A stretch of DNA of 64,000 bases. It comes from Lama guanicoe. Taxonomy: Eukaryota. The translations under genes and the position numbers were made by a program. Location: contig MU053934.1 of assembly GCA_013239625.1 (NCBI GenBank), forward strand, positions 6,404,399 to 6,468,398. The letters run 5' to 3'. Position 1 is the stretch's first letter. Each line of letters opens with the position of its first letter. Shown piece after piece: positions 24,301-36,300 of the stretch. Below the pieces are notes generated by a model that made no database searches, was not told where the DNA came from, and saw nothing but the letters and a program-made list of their open reading frames with translations.

Positions 24301-27300
24301 TGCGCTGGCTGCTCAAGAAGGTCTTCCAGCACCGGCGGGCCACCCCGGCCACCGCGGCAGGCTTCGAGGATGAAGCGAAGACCAGCGCCCGGGATGCAGC
24401 CCTGGCCTATCACAGGCTGCACCAGCTGCACATCACAGGTGAGGGGTGGCCACCACTGCCTGGGTTGCCTCCCAAGTGTCTCATGCCATGTCTCGACCCT
24501 GGCTTGCTTTGCCAGTTGACTGCTCCAGTTGAATGAGGTCCGCTTTACACTGCTCTTTTAGGATGGGTAGACAAACCTTCCACCCACAGCCATGGCTGTA
24601 AAGATGATTCATTTCTGTAGTCCATCAATTTAAGACATACATTTTTTCATGTTAACATCTCTGCACTTGGCTATGTCTTCTACACAATGAATGTCATGGT
24701 TGAGTTGGCAGTGTTTCTCCCTTGGTGGTACTTAAATTAATGGTGAAACTTAAAATTAATGGCATCTTAGATTCAATGAAATATGATTGTTTATTTCCTT
24801 CAACAAACTCTTGCTCCAATAGAGAAGCAGACAGATCAGCAAGTGAATTACAGTTCAGCGAGGCAGAGGTAGCAGAAGAATTGAGTCTCAGTTGGGAGGG
24901 AAGGGGTCCTTGTTGGGGAGGGCTTCAAGAAGGGCTTTCTGGAAAGTCCTGGCTTGGCATGGAAGGATGCGTAGCGTTCACCAGCTCTGCAGAAGCGAAT
25001 GTGCCTTCCAGGCAGAGGGGATGTTCCACAGGAAGAGCCCCACCTGGGTGACTCTTAAGACGTCAGTAGTCCTCAAGTGGGCTGCGCACAGGGAGGGTGA
25101 TGGAGGCAGCACGGTGGAGAGGACGTCATCAGATCCGTGCTTCTGAGGTTGAGAAGGTTCACCCTGACGGCAGGCAGAGTGGATCGAGAGGACTGAGACG
25201 TAGCTTCAGGGAGGCCAGGTAGGAGCTAAGGCAGGTGCCAAGAGGGTAGGCAGACAGAAGGTGGGACCGACAGGGCCTGGGGGCTCACTGGATGTGAAGG
25301 GTGAGCAAAGGAGCCAGTAAGATGGTTCCCTGGTTTCTTGCTCGAGAGTTTGGGTGAACAAGTATCACCACCAACAAAGGTGAGGAGAACAGGAGGAAGA
25401 GCAGTTTTCCAGGGAGAAGGTGAGAAGTTCCACTTGGGACACTTGCCTGTGAGACACCGAGGGGAAATATTCTGTGGCGGGGGGCCCTGCTGGATCTGTA
25501 GTCCAAGGGAGGGAGCTGGGTTTGGCCTGCAGGGGAGAATGAAGACCAGGGGAGCTGATGAGAGGCTTATGGTGAAAGGGCCCCTCGAGGGCATCCAGAA
25601 GAAGACCCTCACAGAAAGGGCAGGCCAAGGACAGGCAGTCAGGCGGAGGCTGCCTGAGGGGGAGCAGATGGAGGGTCAGGAGAAGACAAGAGGCTTGGTG
25701 TAGGGGGAGCAAAGTCAGAGAGGATTTGAGAAAAGAGGCTGGTAAGATGAGGACCAGAAAGCAGCAGTGGGACGGTGTAACCAGAAGGTGACAGAAGGCC
25801 CTGGAGGCTGAGGGACCTTGAGCTCAGAGGTGGGGCAGTACCAGGCCCCAGGGGTGGAGGAGTGGATGGGAGAAGAGACACTGGGGCCAGCTGTGGGGAT
25901 TGAACACGTGGGGTCTTGGTTGCGTTCCAGCAGAGGGGCCTTGCCTGCAGATCTCCCTGCTTCCCTGTCCCATCAGTGTGTCCGTGGAGGGTAAACAAGC
26001 TCCATCCCTGGTCTCTGATCAGGAGGCTGCTTCAGGTTCAGGAGAATTTCAGCTGGGGTGGTTCACGTCACCCTTCTCCCCAGTTCACTGGGCACTGTGT
26101 GGGCCTGGCCCTGAGCAAGGCACTGAGAGGACAGAGGTGACTACAACATGGTCCCCACCCTGCCCTCCCTCCCCCTAAAGGAGAAAGCTCGGTGGTGCTT
26201 CCGAGGGAAACTGACACCTAACATCTGTGCAGAATGAGGTCTGGGGGTTGACAAAAGACCAGAGGCTGGGGGGCAGGGAGCGGGAGGCCTGGCTGGGCCT
26301 GCTTCTGGACCTACGACATGGAGCCACCCATAGGCTCAGTCTCCGCCCTCCAGCAGAGTGAGGGGACTGCCCACCAGCAGAGTGAGGGAGGGTGCCCTGG
26401 CCACCTCCCGGCCCTGTAATGAGGACCAAAGCAAGCAGCAGTGTGAAAGCCTCAGAGGCTCGATGGGCCGCCGTCCCTGAGCAAGGGCACTTTGGCCCCT
26501 GACTTCAGGTCACCAGAGGTGAGCTGTGCAGCCGTCACAGATGGTGAGGCCTCTCTGGGCCTTCACCCCCTCACCCAACATGTGTCCGGCCGACATCTCT
26601 CAGTTTTGTATTACTTCCCTCCCTCTAAAGGGTCTGTGCTTATATATTGTGGGGTCTTGTTGAATAAAAATAAATTCACATCAGTTTTTTTCTGTTAGTT
26701 CCTCTCTTGTGACGTTAAACTGTATTAGCAGGATGTGGCCATGCTGTTGACACCATTTTGGAAAATGTTGCAGTGCGCGCCTCTGAGTCCTGTCCATTGA
26801 CCTGTAGTGATAACCACCCCCATGTGCACAGGGCTGGGGCTATTTGCCAGGGGCTTGATGTGCATTTTCTTTTGTCCCCAACAACCTGTGAGGTATAAAG
26901 GAGCACACAGCTACAGCTACTTCATCGCAGAGCCTGGCATCCTGTCTGGGACTGTCGGGTCACAGAGTTCACATACTTTCTCCTACAGTTCTGCTGTTGC
27001 TCTGATTGTGCTCAAGAAAGCAGGAAAAAGCTTGGGTTGAGGGAATCTGTCAGCGTTAGTTGTCCACTTCTGCCACCACAGGCAAGCTTCCTGCGGGATC
27101 CGCCTGTTCCGATGTACACATGGCTCTGTGCGCTGTGAACCTGGCCGAGTGTGCTGAGGAGAAGATCCCGCCAAGCACGCTGGTTGAGATCCACCTGACC
27201 GCCGCCATGGGGCTGCAGACGCGGTGCGGAGGCCGGCTGGGCTTCCTGGCGGTGAGTGTCCTCAGTTCCCTCTGTGAACCTTCGCTGGGTGCCCTTCCCA

Positions 27301-30300
27301 GCCAGCTTGATCCATGATGCAAAAACTGATGTGAGCCTTGCCCCTGGGGGCTGACCACCTGGAGGGGTAGACCTTCATGCCACAAATACTTACAGGAGTG
27401 AACAAAACAGACTGAAATTCCTCCCTTATGGCCCTTACAAGCATAAGCAAGGTATTTTAGTGCCCTTGAGGTAAGAAGATGGAGTCAGTGGTACAGAGTG
27501 AACTGTACTCAGGAGTTAATATGTGATTCTTCTTGGAATCTTCGGGTTGTCTCTCCTTTTATTCACTCCAAAGGTATTTTATTTTGTACCTTGTGTTGAT
27601 CGTGGCACTGTGCGCCCAGAAATGGAAAACAGTGTATGTCTTGCAAGGAGCTCAGGTCAGACCACCCTGGGTGGGAACTGGGGTTACGGGTGCCTCCAGT
27701 GTGCCTGGCCCAGGGCCAGCCTCAGGAGCTCACGGTTGGGTAATTCAGTCCTTGTTACCAACTAGTTCACAGCATCTGCTGACCTCAGGCTCTCTCTTAC
27801 TCCAGCAGACACAGGCATGTTCTGTTCAGCGCCTGCTTTGGGTAGGCTGCCAAATACATCAGCTGTGTTCAGAGTAGAATGACCACGTCTCCCCGTTCAT
27901 TTCCATGTTTCCTTCATTAGCACTGAGAGCTGAGAATGAGTAATTACGTGCCCTGTGGTGACACTGATAATGTTTCTTGAAGTGTGTCACCATAATCTGG
28001 GTGACAAAGGCCAGCGTAGAGCCCAGTGTACTTTCTGTTTCTCAGCCTGGTTTCTGAAACCCTGGATAAGACGTTCATTCAGCAGGTATTACCGAGTCCC
28101 TGTGCTGGGTCAGGCACTTCCCAGAGGAAATGAAGCGGTGAGCAGGACATTTGCCCTGCCCAGGGGGAGCACAGAGTCGGGCAGGGAATCCGGACAAGGA
28201 CCGGGCCTTCGGGGCAGTAGGATGAGCATGAGGATGGGGCTCCTGACCCCTTAAGGGTAGTCAAGGTGTGCTTTCTGGGCAAAGTGAGTCTAGGCTGAGA
28301 GCAGGAGGCGTTGGTCAGGCTGCTCCCGTGTTCCGTTTGTTTGTCCTAGTGCTCTGCGCCAGTGTCATCACATCTGTCACTTTTCTGCCCCTAAAAAGTA
28401 TTTTGAAGGCATTAATTAGATCAAAATACAACATACATAGAGAAAAACACACACATTTTAACAGCTTGATGAATTTTCACAAAGTGAACTTTCCCACGTA
28501 ACAACCACCCAGATCCAGAAGTAGAACGCTCCCACTGTCCACCGGAAGCCTTCCCAGGCCTTCACCCACGCTGCCCTCCACAGAGGTAACCATTATTCTC
28601 AATTCTGTCACCGTAGTTTAATCTACCTGCTGTTTGTTGTTCCTGTAAACTTTTTATTGAAGCACAATATACATGTAGAAAAGTACATAAACTATAAGTA
28701 CACAGGTCGGTGACTTTACAAAATAAACACACCCTTATAACCACCAGACAGATCAAGAAATGACCAAGACCCCAGAAGCCTCCCTTGGGCCCCCTTGCAG
28801 TCGATACACTGCCCCTTCCCTCAAGCCCTCCAGCCGGTGTATTCACCCTCCCGATGACCTCGGATGTTTTGCCCCAGTAAACTTTACATAAGGAGAGTCG
28901 TACAGTATGTCTGTGTACGCCTGGTCACTTGCGCTCAGTGTCGTGTAAGGTTCATAAGGCTGTTGCATGTAGTTACAGGTTGCCCTTCTAATTGCTTTAT
29001 AGTATTCCGCTGAATGACTTGATGCTGATAAGTGAACCTTTGAGTTGCTTCCTGGTTGTGATGATCATGAATAGCACTGCTAGATGGCATTCATTCTCAG
29101 TGTGCAGTTTGTGTGGTGTCTGACTCATGCTGAGCAGTGCTGTATTTCCCAAAATGTAACATCCAGTGGTACCCTTGGGAGTTCACTGTGGTGCTTTGGG
29201 GTGCCTTGGAAGACAGTTTGAGAACCACAGGGTCAGACTGGCATGGGAGGACTTAACCTGGAGTTGGAACCAGCCCAGGGGTACAGGGTGGCCCTCAGGA
29301 TCAGACAGTTCTGAGTCTCCTGCCACAGCTGCTCAGTTCAGCATTAGCAGGTGAGTTATCAGGGAGGCGGCTCCTAGGCCCCAGCTCAAGTAAATTCTGG
29401 TGTCTATGAAATTTACAAAAATGATCATAGGGTGATAATGCCAAGAAAATTAAAATAGCAACGGAAGTTATTTTCTCGGTTTCCCTTCTAGAAGCCATCC
29501 TGTGGGTGACTGCCAGGATTTAAATTTCTTATTAATTCAGACCACTAAACTCAAGCTCCCCCACCCACTGAGATTTATTATAACCAAGGTTTTTCTTTTC
29601 TAAGAATTAAGCTTAAAAAGGTGTCTTAGTGGGGAAGGGTATAGCTCAGTGGTAGAGCTCATGCTTAACATGCACGAGGTCCTGGGTTCAATCCCCAGTA
29701 CCTCCGTTAAAATAAATTTACCTAATCACCTCCCCAAAAAAAGTCTATTTAAAAAAACATATTTTAACTTAATGATTTTCTAAATGGCTTCTCTGGATTC
29801 CTCTTGCAGTATCACCAAACCCAGCTTTGTTTCTGCTTCCGTTGGTGACGTTTGGGCCCTTCTTAGGGACCCATGGCCCTCAGTTTCGCCTGGAGCAGAC
29901 CCCAAGTTCTCTTGCTTACCAGGCGTGTTGCTCTCAGGAGAGAGTTGGGGGTGACTGTTAGCCGGTTCTCAGACTTCAGAGGGCCTGGAATTGCCACCAC
30001 CCCACCCCCAACCTCCATCCCCTGCAAGCTCCTCAGCTGCTGAGCTCTGACCATGCAGTTAACAAGCTCACATTCTGTGAAGGCTTTGTTGAGAGTCAGG
30101 AGAAGTCACAGGATTCTCTCTGTTTGCTCTCCAGTCCCCTTTTTTAAGTATGGGGGGTCAGCAAAGGGGAGGAAAGCCGATTAGTGCTGCCAGCCCTGTG
30201 ATTAGAGGTTTAAGTGAAACGCGCCCCACCTGGTCCTGTAAATGCTCTGGTAACATTAGGGTGTGGCTACAGAGCAGTCCACCTGGTTCTTCTCTTTTGG

Positions 30301-33300
30301 ATTCAGGCAGTCGTCTCCAGATTCCCCCAAGAGAGGCAGTCTTCTTGGTCCATGTTGCTTGAGTGGCGCTTCGGCAGTGCTGTTTCTGACCCTGGCATTC
30401 AGGTCTTGTGAAGCCATTGCGTTAGCTAATGGCTACTTACAGCCCAGTAAAGGTCAGAACCGTCAGACAGAACCAGACAAGGGGGCAGCTGCCTTCCCTG
30501 TGGAGGCAAGGGCTGAAGTGTGAAGGGGAGGCCCACTGCCTGGCCCAGCAGCCCCTCCTCAGGGCATCCTGAGCTCCTGTATCTCGTGCTTCTGTCTCCC
30601 TCCATCCTTCTTGGCTGAGCGTCTCACTCAGATTGGCCTGTATCGGGGCGGGGGTTATGTGTTGGAAATCATGGGTTTTAGAGTAAAGATATCCTTACTC
30701 AAAAAATGGCACAATTCCTGAAAACATGGATAGGCAGCATTGTCCCTGCAATTCTTCCTCCTGGGGCCCTGGCGCGATGTTACTCTGTGGGCGGAAGGGG
30801 GGCCCGGGAGACTGGGAGTCTTCCTCGCTAGGCCAGTGTTCACGTCAGGAGCTTGTCCAGGAATGGCCTGGAGGTCTCTTTAGGGGGCTGGACGAAGCCC
30901 GCGCAGGGCCAGCCTTGGAGGGAAGGGCATCGGGCATGGGTCCTGGACCAGCCTCAGGGCTGCCCCTTTACTCTAGTGCTTTCTAGCGTGAGAGTGATAG
31001 TAAATAACACTGACACCTGCTGTGTGCCTGTCCTGAACTTACACTCAAAGGTAACGGAGATGAAAATTAGTCAAAACAGAGTACAGTTTTGCCTAAAAAT
31101 ACTCTAAAAGATACGTAATTAAAATGACAGATGAGAAAATGTCCCAGGACCCAGGAGGCTGCTGGCTGGGGTGCCACTGCATTGGCGGGGCTGGGGGCCT
31201 GTGAGAGCCCCCCTTAGCTCTGCAGGTTGAATACTAGCCTAGCCAAAACAAGGTCCCCATCAGTTAGGCCAACCCAGCAGGACAAGATGCAGCAGGGCCT
31301 CCACGAGTGCCTTGAGGCCCCACTGCCCCTCCTGCTGGGGCTTGTACCTGGTCACTGAGCCTGGCAGGCCCTGGTTCCAGCGGTGACATTTACTTCCAGG
31401 TAAGTGAGGACCCCAGCCTGCCTCCACCATGGTGGTGCTTTCTGATGGCCTCAGGAGGCTGTAGCCAGCATCCTGCCACCCTGGCATCACCGTGGTCCTT
31501 GTCCTTCCACAGAGCTACTTCCTCAGTCGAGCCCAGAGCCTGTGTGGCCCCGAGCGCAGCGCTGTTCCCGACTCGTTGCGCTGGCTCTGCCACCCACTGG
31601 GCCAGAAGTTCTTCATGGAGCGGAGCTGGTCGGTGAAGTCAGCTGCCAAGGAGAGTCTGTACTGTGCCCAGAGGAACCCAGGTGAGGACACCTTCGCAGC
31701 CATGAGAGCCGCCGGTACTGCAGGCCCTGTGCTGCGGACACGTGGAGACACGGGCTGCCTCAGTCTTGCTCTCCCTGAAGCTCAGGGAGGTCACGGGCCT
31801 GGTCAGCAGCTAAGCCGGGTTGGCAGCTCGCCTGTCTCTGACATTCCAGCCCCATGGTCCTGACACCAGTCACACTGCCACACGTTACTAAATTGTGACT
31901 GAGCACCAGCCATAATCTTGCCCTTGTTCTGGGCGCTTTGGAGACTCAGAAGATGTGTGGAGTTGCTATTTGCTGGCTCCAGTCTCCCGCTCCCACTGGA
32001 AAGCAGACATAGACGGAGCAGTTAGGGAACAACAGGCGACAGACGGTCATCAAGTGCTCAGAGTGGTGGCGGGGACAGGGCTCCAGGCGTCGGGAGGAGA
32101 TGCCGGCTCTCTGTCTCTGGTGTTTGACAGTGATTGGAGTCGACTCGCCCAGCCTCGGAGCGGGAGAGCCTGGTCAGGTTGACTCAGACTCGAGCAGCCA
32201 GTGGCTTTCTGCACTTTTCCTCTCTGAGCTGGGGGTCTGGGGAGAGTCAGGCGTGTTCTGTAGGTACAGGGGTGTGTGTCAGACCCTTTGTAGGGGGAGG
32301 TCTCTGTCATGGACTGCCCCTGGCTCTCACCTCTTGCAGGCTCTTGTCTCCAGAATGTTCATAAGCATCCTGCTTCTCCATCCTTGTCAAATTGAAACCC
32401 ACACTTCTGTGGTGTGTCAGGGGAGGAGGGGGCTGGTGACGCCCTGCTCTGGGCCTGCCAATAGGGGAAATTGTCAGTGACAGTCAGCTGTCACAAGTAT
32501 CGTTTAATCAGTTCAGCCAGACTGTCGCTGGCCACATGTCCCATGAGAAGGCTGTGGTAAGTAGGAGCAGGGTCTTCCTAATTCATGTCAGGCAGCAGCT
32601 GGGTCCTTGTCTCTGCTGGCTGTCCTCCTGAGCCACAAGAGGCGGGCCCTGAGACTTGGGGAAGCATCCACCTTCCCATCTTCTGTTTTCTGACAAGGCT
32701 TGTGGCCACCATCTTCCAGCTCCCAACTCTGAATGGAAGAAACGAGTATTGTGCCAAAAGACACGGCACCCCTCACCCACCCCCACCGGCGCTAGTCCAG
32801 GGCCGCGTAGCATCGGACTTGACCACCTTCCCACCACACCCCCACTTTCTGACCGTGTAACAAGCAGTTCGGGGTTTGAGAAGGTTTGAGCCCATTCCGA
32901 GGGGACAGCTGTTCCTTGGGCACCCCTCCCACCCACTGTTTTCTCTGTGGGACAAAATGAGCTCCTGAGGGAGATCCACTCACCCTGCCTCTGGGCCTTG
33001 CTCTTCAGCGGACCCCATTGCCCAGGTGCACCAGGCCTTCTGCAAGAACCTGCTGGAGCGAGCTGTGGAGTCCTTGGTGAAACCTCAGGCCAAGAAGAAA
33101 GCTGGAGACCAGGAAGAAGAGAGCTGGTAACGACCCCAGGACGGGCCCCTGCCTTGGGCCATCTGCCCGGGAAGCCCAGGGAACAGTGCCTAGTGTGGGA
33201 TCTGCAGGGAAACCCAGTGATTCTTCGCATTTATTTCTCGAGCCTGGCAGCCCGATGAGAGCCCTTTATGAACGCTGACCTGGCCTCTTTGCCCTTTACT

Positions 33301-36300
33301 CCCAGACTAAGTATGTCATGTTCCCCGCTTTTCTCCTTTTTACCCACCCCTTCACCGAGTGGAGTCCGTTCTTGCAGCATGTCAGGGATTTGATTCGTTT
33401 GCTCTGTGGGTGGGAGGGGCGGCCCGCTGAAGGGGGGAATGGAGCGTGGAGGGTGTGGCAGAAGGCAGACACCTCTGCCCAGACATCCTGGGGACCCAGA
33501 CCAGTACTGAGTATGTCAGACGATTCTTATTCTTAGTGTGAGCACAGTCTTTCCTCCACAGAGGAAGACCTGAGAGGCAAACAGATGCCAGTGTCACTCT
33601 TGTTCAAGGCCCAGGCCCTGACTGGAGTGCACCTGAGTGAAGAGGGGAGGGCAGTTCGGCCTGGGAGATCAGACAACTTTCGGGAGGAGATGACAGTTGA
33701 ATTGGGTCTTGAAGGGTGAGGGATGAAAGAGAAAAGCTGGCTCTCCCAGCAGAGGGAAGAGCGTCAGGAAGGCCTGAGGAGAGTGTGAAGGGGGCGGGGA
33801 GTGCAGGGGGAGAGCTCAGGATGTGCCTGGCACAGTGTGGGAGAAGGGGCCAAAATGTGCCCTGAGTCTTCGAACTGGAGAGCAGCCAGGCCGTGCATGT
33901 GGTCCTTGTGTACATTTTGATATACGTGAGACCCTTTCTTTTCTTTCTAGTGAATTCTCCAGTGCTCTGGAGTACCTGAAATTGCTGAATTCCTTTGTGG
34001 ACTCTGTGGGGATTGTGACCCCACCTTTCTCCAGCAGCTCCGTGCTCAAGTCAGCGCTTGGTAAGCATCTCGCCGGAGGCGCCACAGGCTCAGGTTGCTT
34101 GATTCAGGCCCTCACAGCCCCTTTGTCCCAGGAGTTCAGGGTTATGCATGTGCACTCTAGAATCTTCTCTGTACCTAAGGTGTGTATCTACAGCCCCCGT
34201 GTAGCCCCGACCCACCAGCTCCCCGCTGCTGGGCAGCATTTTGGGGGTAGGAAATAATGATTCTCCTAAAAGTGAGATGATGAGCGAATGTCTGTCCTCC
34301 CTGGGCCCTGGCTGGGGGGCCAGGTCAGGAATTCTTCCAGATGCCCGGAATGGGCAGCGAGTGGCCTGGGCAGCGGGGATTGCTGAGGGCTCAGCTTTAG
34401 TACACAGTGGTTCCGGGCTGCTCTTGTGTCTGACCCTCTCTACTGAAGAGGCCTTTTCATCTGGTGTCTCTGCTGCTCCAGCTGCCCATTGCCTTGGGTG
34501 ACACAGCATAGCCCACCAGCTGAATTGGCTCCGGGACATTCTTTGCTTCTGTCTCTGAAGTGCCATCAGGGTGATGGCACATGAGCTGCCACCTCCCGGG
34601 CTTCTAAGGTTGCCGAGGGAGGGGTGTCAAGCTCCCTTCTGGCCCCTCTCCCGATGAGGGGAAGGATCCCAGAGAAGCAGCTGCCCTGTCGTGACCACTG
34701 ACCTCATGGCCTGCCTTTATTTCAGAGTTCAGAAAAGAACGTGCTGTTTGGCCTTTTATATGTCCATTCACTGAGCCTCAGAGAGGAAAAACTAAAAAGA
34801 TTCTAACATGAGCCTGTTAACTGCAAATATTTTGGAAGCAACGTTTTTTACAACTATTGGGAGCTGAGGTTGCTTCCAGCTTTTTACTTAAAAATAGCAC
34901 CACGGTGAACATCTTCATTGAACTTTTATCTCTATTTAGGCCCATTTCTTTGTGATGGATTGCCAAAAATGGAATTACTATGTTAATGAACATTTTTAAG
35001 GCTCTTAATGCAAAATACCAAGTGCGTTCTGAGGTTGTGCTGGTCGATGCTCCACCGAGATCAGGTTGGGGGGCAGCCCACAGGCCCCAGCCCGCCACCA
35101 GGAGGGAGAAGTGACACCCTGTGCGTAGGAACCAGGTCCAGTGCGCCAGGTCCTGGTTTCTGCGGGTGCCGGAGCAGCGTTTGGTTCTATTTGCCTCTAG
35201 GCCCAGACGTTGTCTGTCGCTGGTGGACATCGGCGATCACCATGGCCATCAGCTGGCTCCAGGGAGACGACGCGGCTGTGCGTGCTCACTTTACCGAAGT
35301 AGAGCGTGTCCCCAAGGCCCTGGAGGTGACAGAGTGCGTAGCCCTCCTTGACCACTTGCTTCTCTCCAGGGGAATCCCAAACGCGGCTGTGCCGAGCCTG
35401 CTTGTCCGGGTTCGTGGAAGGAGCAGGTCTGGGTGGCTGTCAGGGTGAAGGGTCTGGCAGCCCGGGGGCTACACAGATGGAGAGAGAAAGCGAGACACAG
35501 GGACATGGCCCCGCAGAGGAACCTAACCCGGCAAGCACGTCCGTCTGTGTGTATCACCCCGGCAGCTGTCCGCGCTGCTTCCGGAGCCTCCCCCCTTCTC
35601 CACAGAGCCACAGGCTGGATCCCAGCCTCTTCAGAAGCTCACGGTGGAGCCAGGCAGTGTGGTGGTGGCTCGCAGCCAGTGCTGGCTTGTGAGGGCCTGA
35701 GGACCCTTCCCTCATGTGCCAGCCTTGTATCCAGTTTCCTCTCCGCCGCCCTCCACTGCCGTCAGCCCTGTCACTGAGGAGGCCCTTAGCACAAGGCATC
35801 GCCAGAGAGCTTTAGACGTTCCTCCCTGAGGGCTCATGCCTGCTTCTTGGGGGCACGTGGCCTGTAGTGATGGGCAGCCAGCGACATCCTGGCTACTTCT
35901 GACTGGACCTGAGTGTCCCTGACATCATCTGCCATTTGAGAGAAATTGTAAAATGCTCCAAGGCAGAAAGGCCTCACCAGGGCTTTCCTCAGAGCCAAGG
36001 CTGTCGCGTTTCCAGTCAACCAGACCCTTAACCAGGAGGGCAGGAGGGAGCTGAGAAAATCAGGTCTAGGCAGGTTCCCTAAGGTCTGTCTGACTCCAAT
36101 TTCATTTAAATAACCCATTTTTAAGCATCCTGACCAGTGAGTGCCCACCCTATGTGTGTGATCTCCCAGCTAACGCATCTGAGGAAACAGGCCCAGTGAG
36201 TAAATTGTCTAAAGTCACCTCATTTCTAAAAACGAGAGCCGTAGTGTGCAGCCCAGACCCTCCGCAGGCCTTTCTTCCACCTGAACTCAGTCACTCTGGG

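Noticed and set aside
26345..26390. 24-bp tandem repeat ccagcagagtgaggg resembling CTCF sites
   Set aside because: Only two copies, and they lack the GGC core of the CTCF motif.
29631..29705. Possible tRNA-Val(AAC) or tRNA-Ala gene
   Set aside because: Imperfect acceptor stem, SINE-type tail shared with a second TSD-flanked copy, and no oligo-T terminator directly after; it is a SINE.
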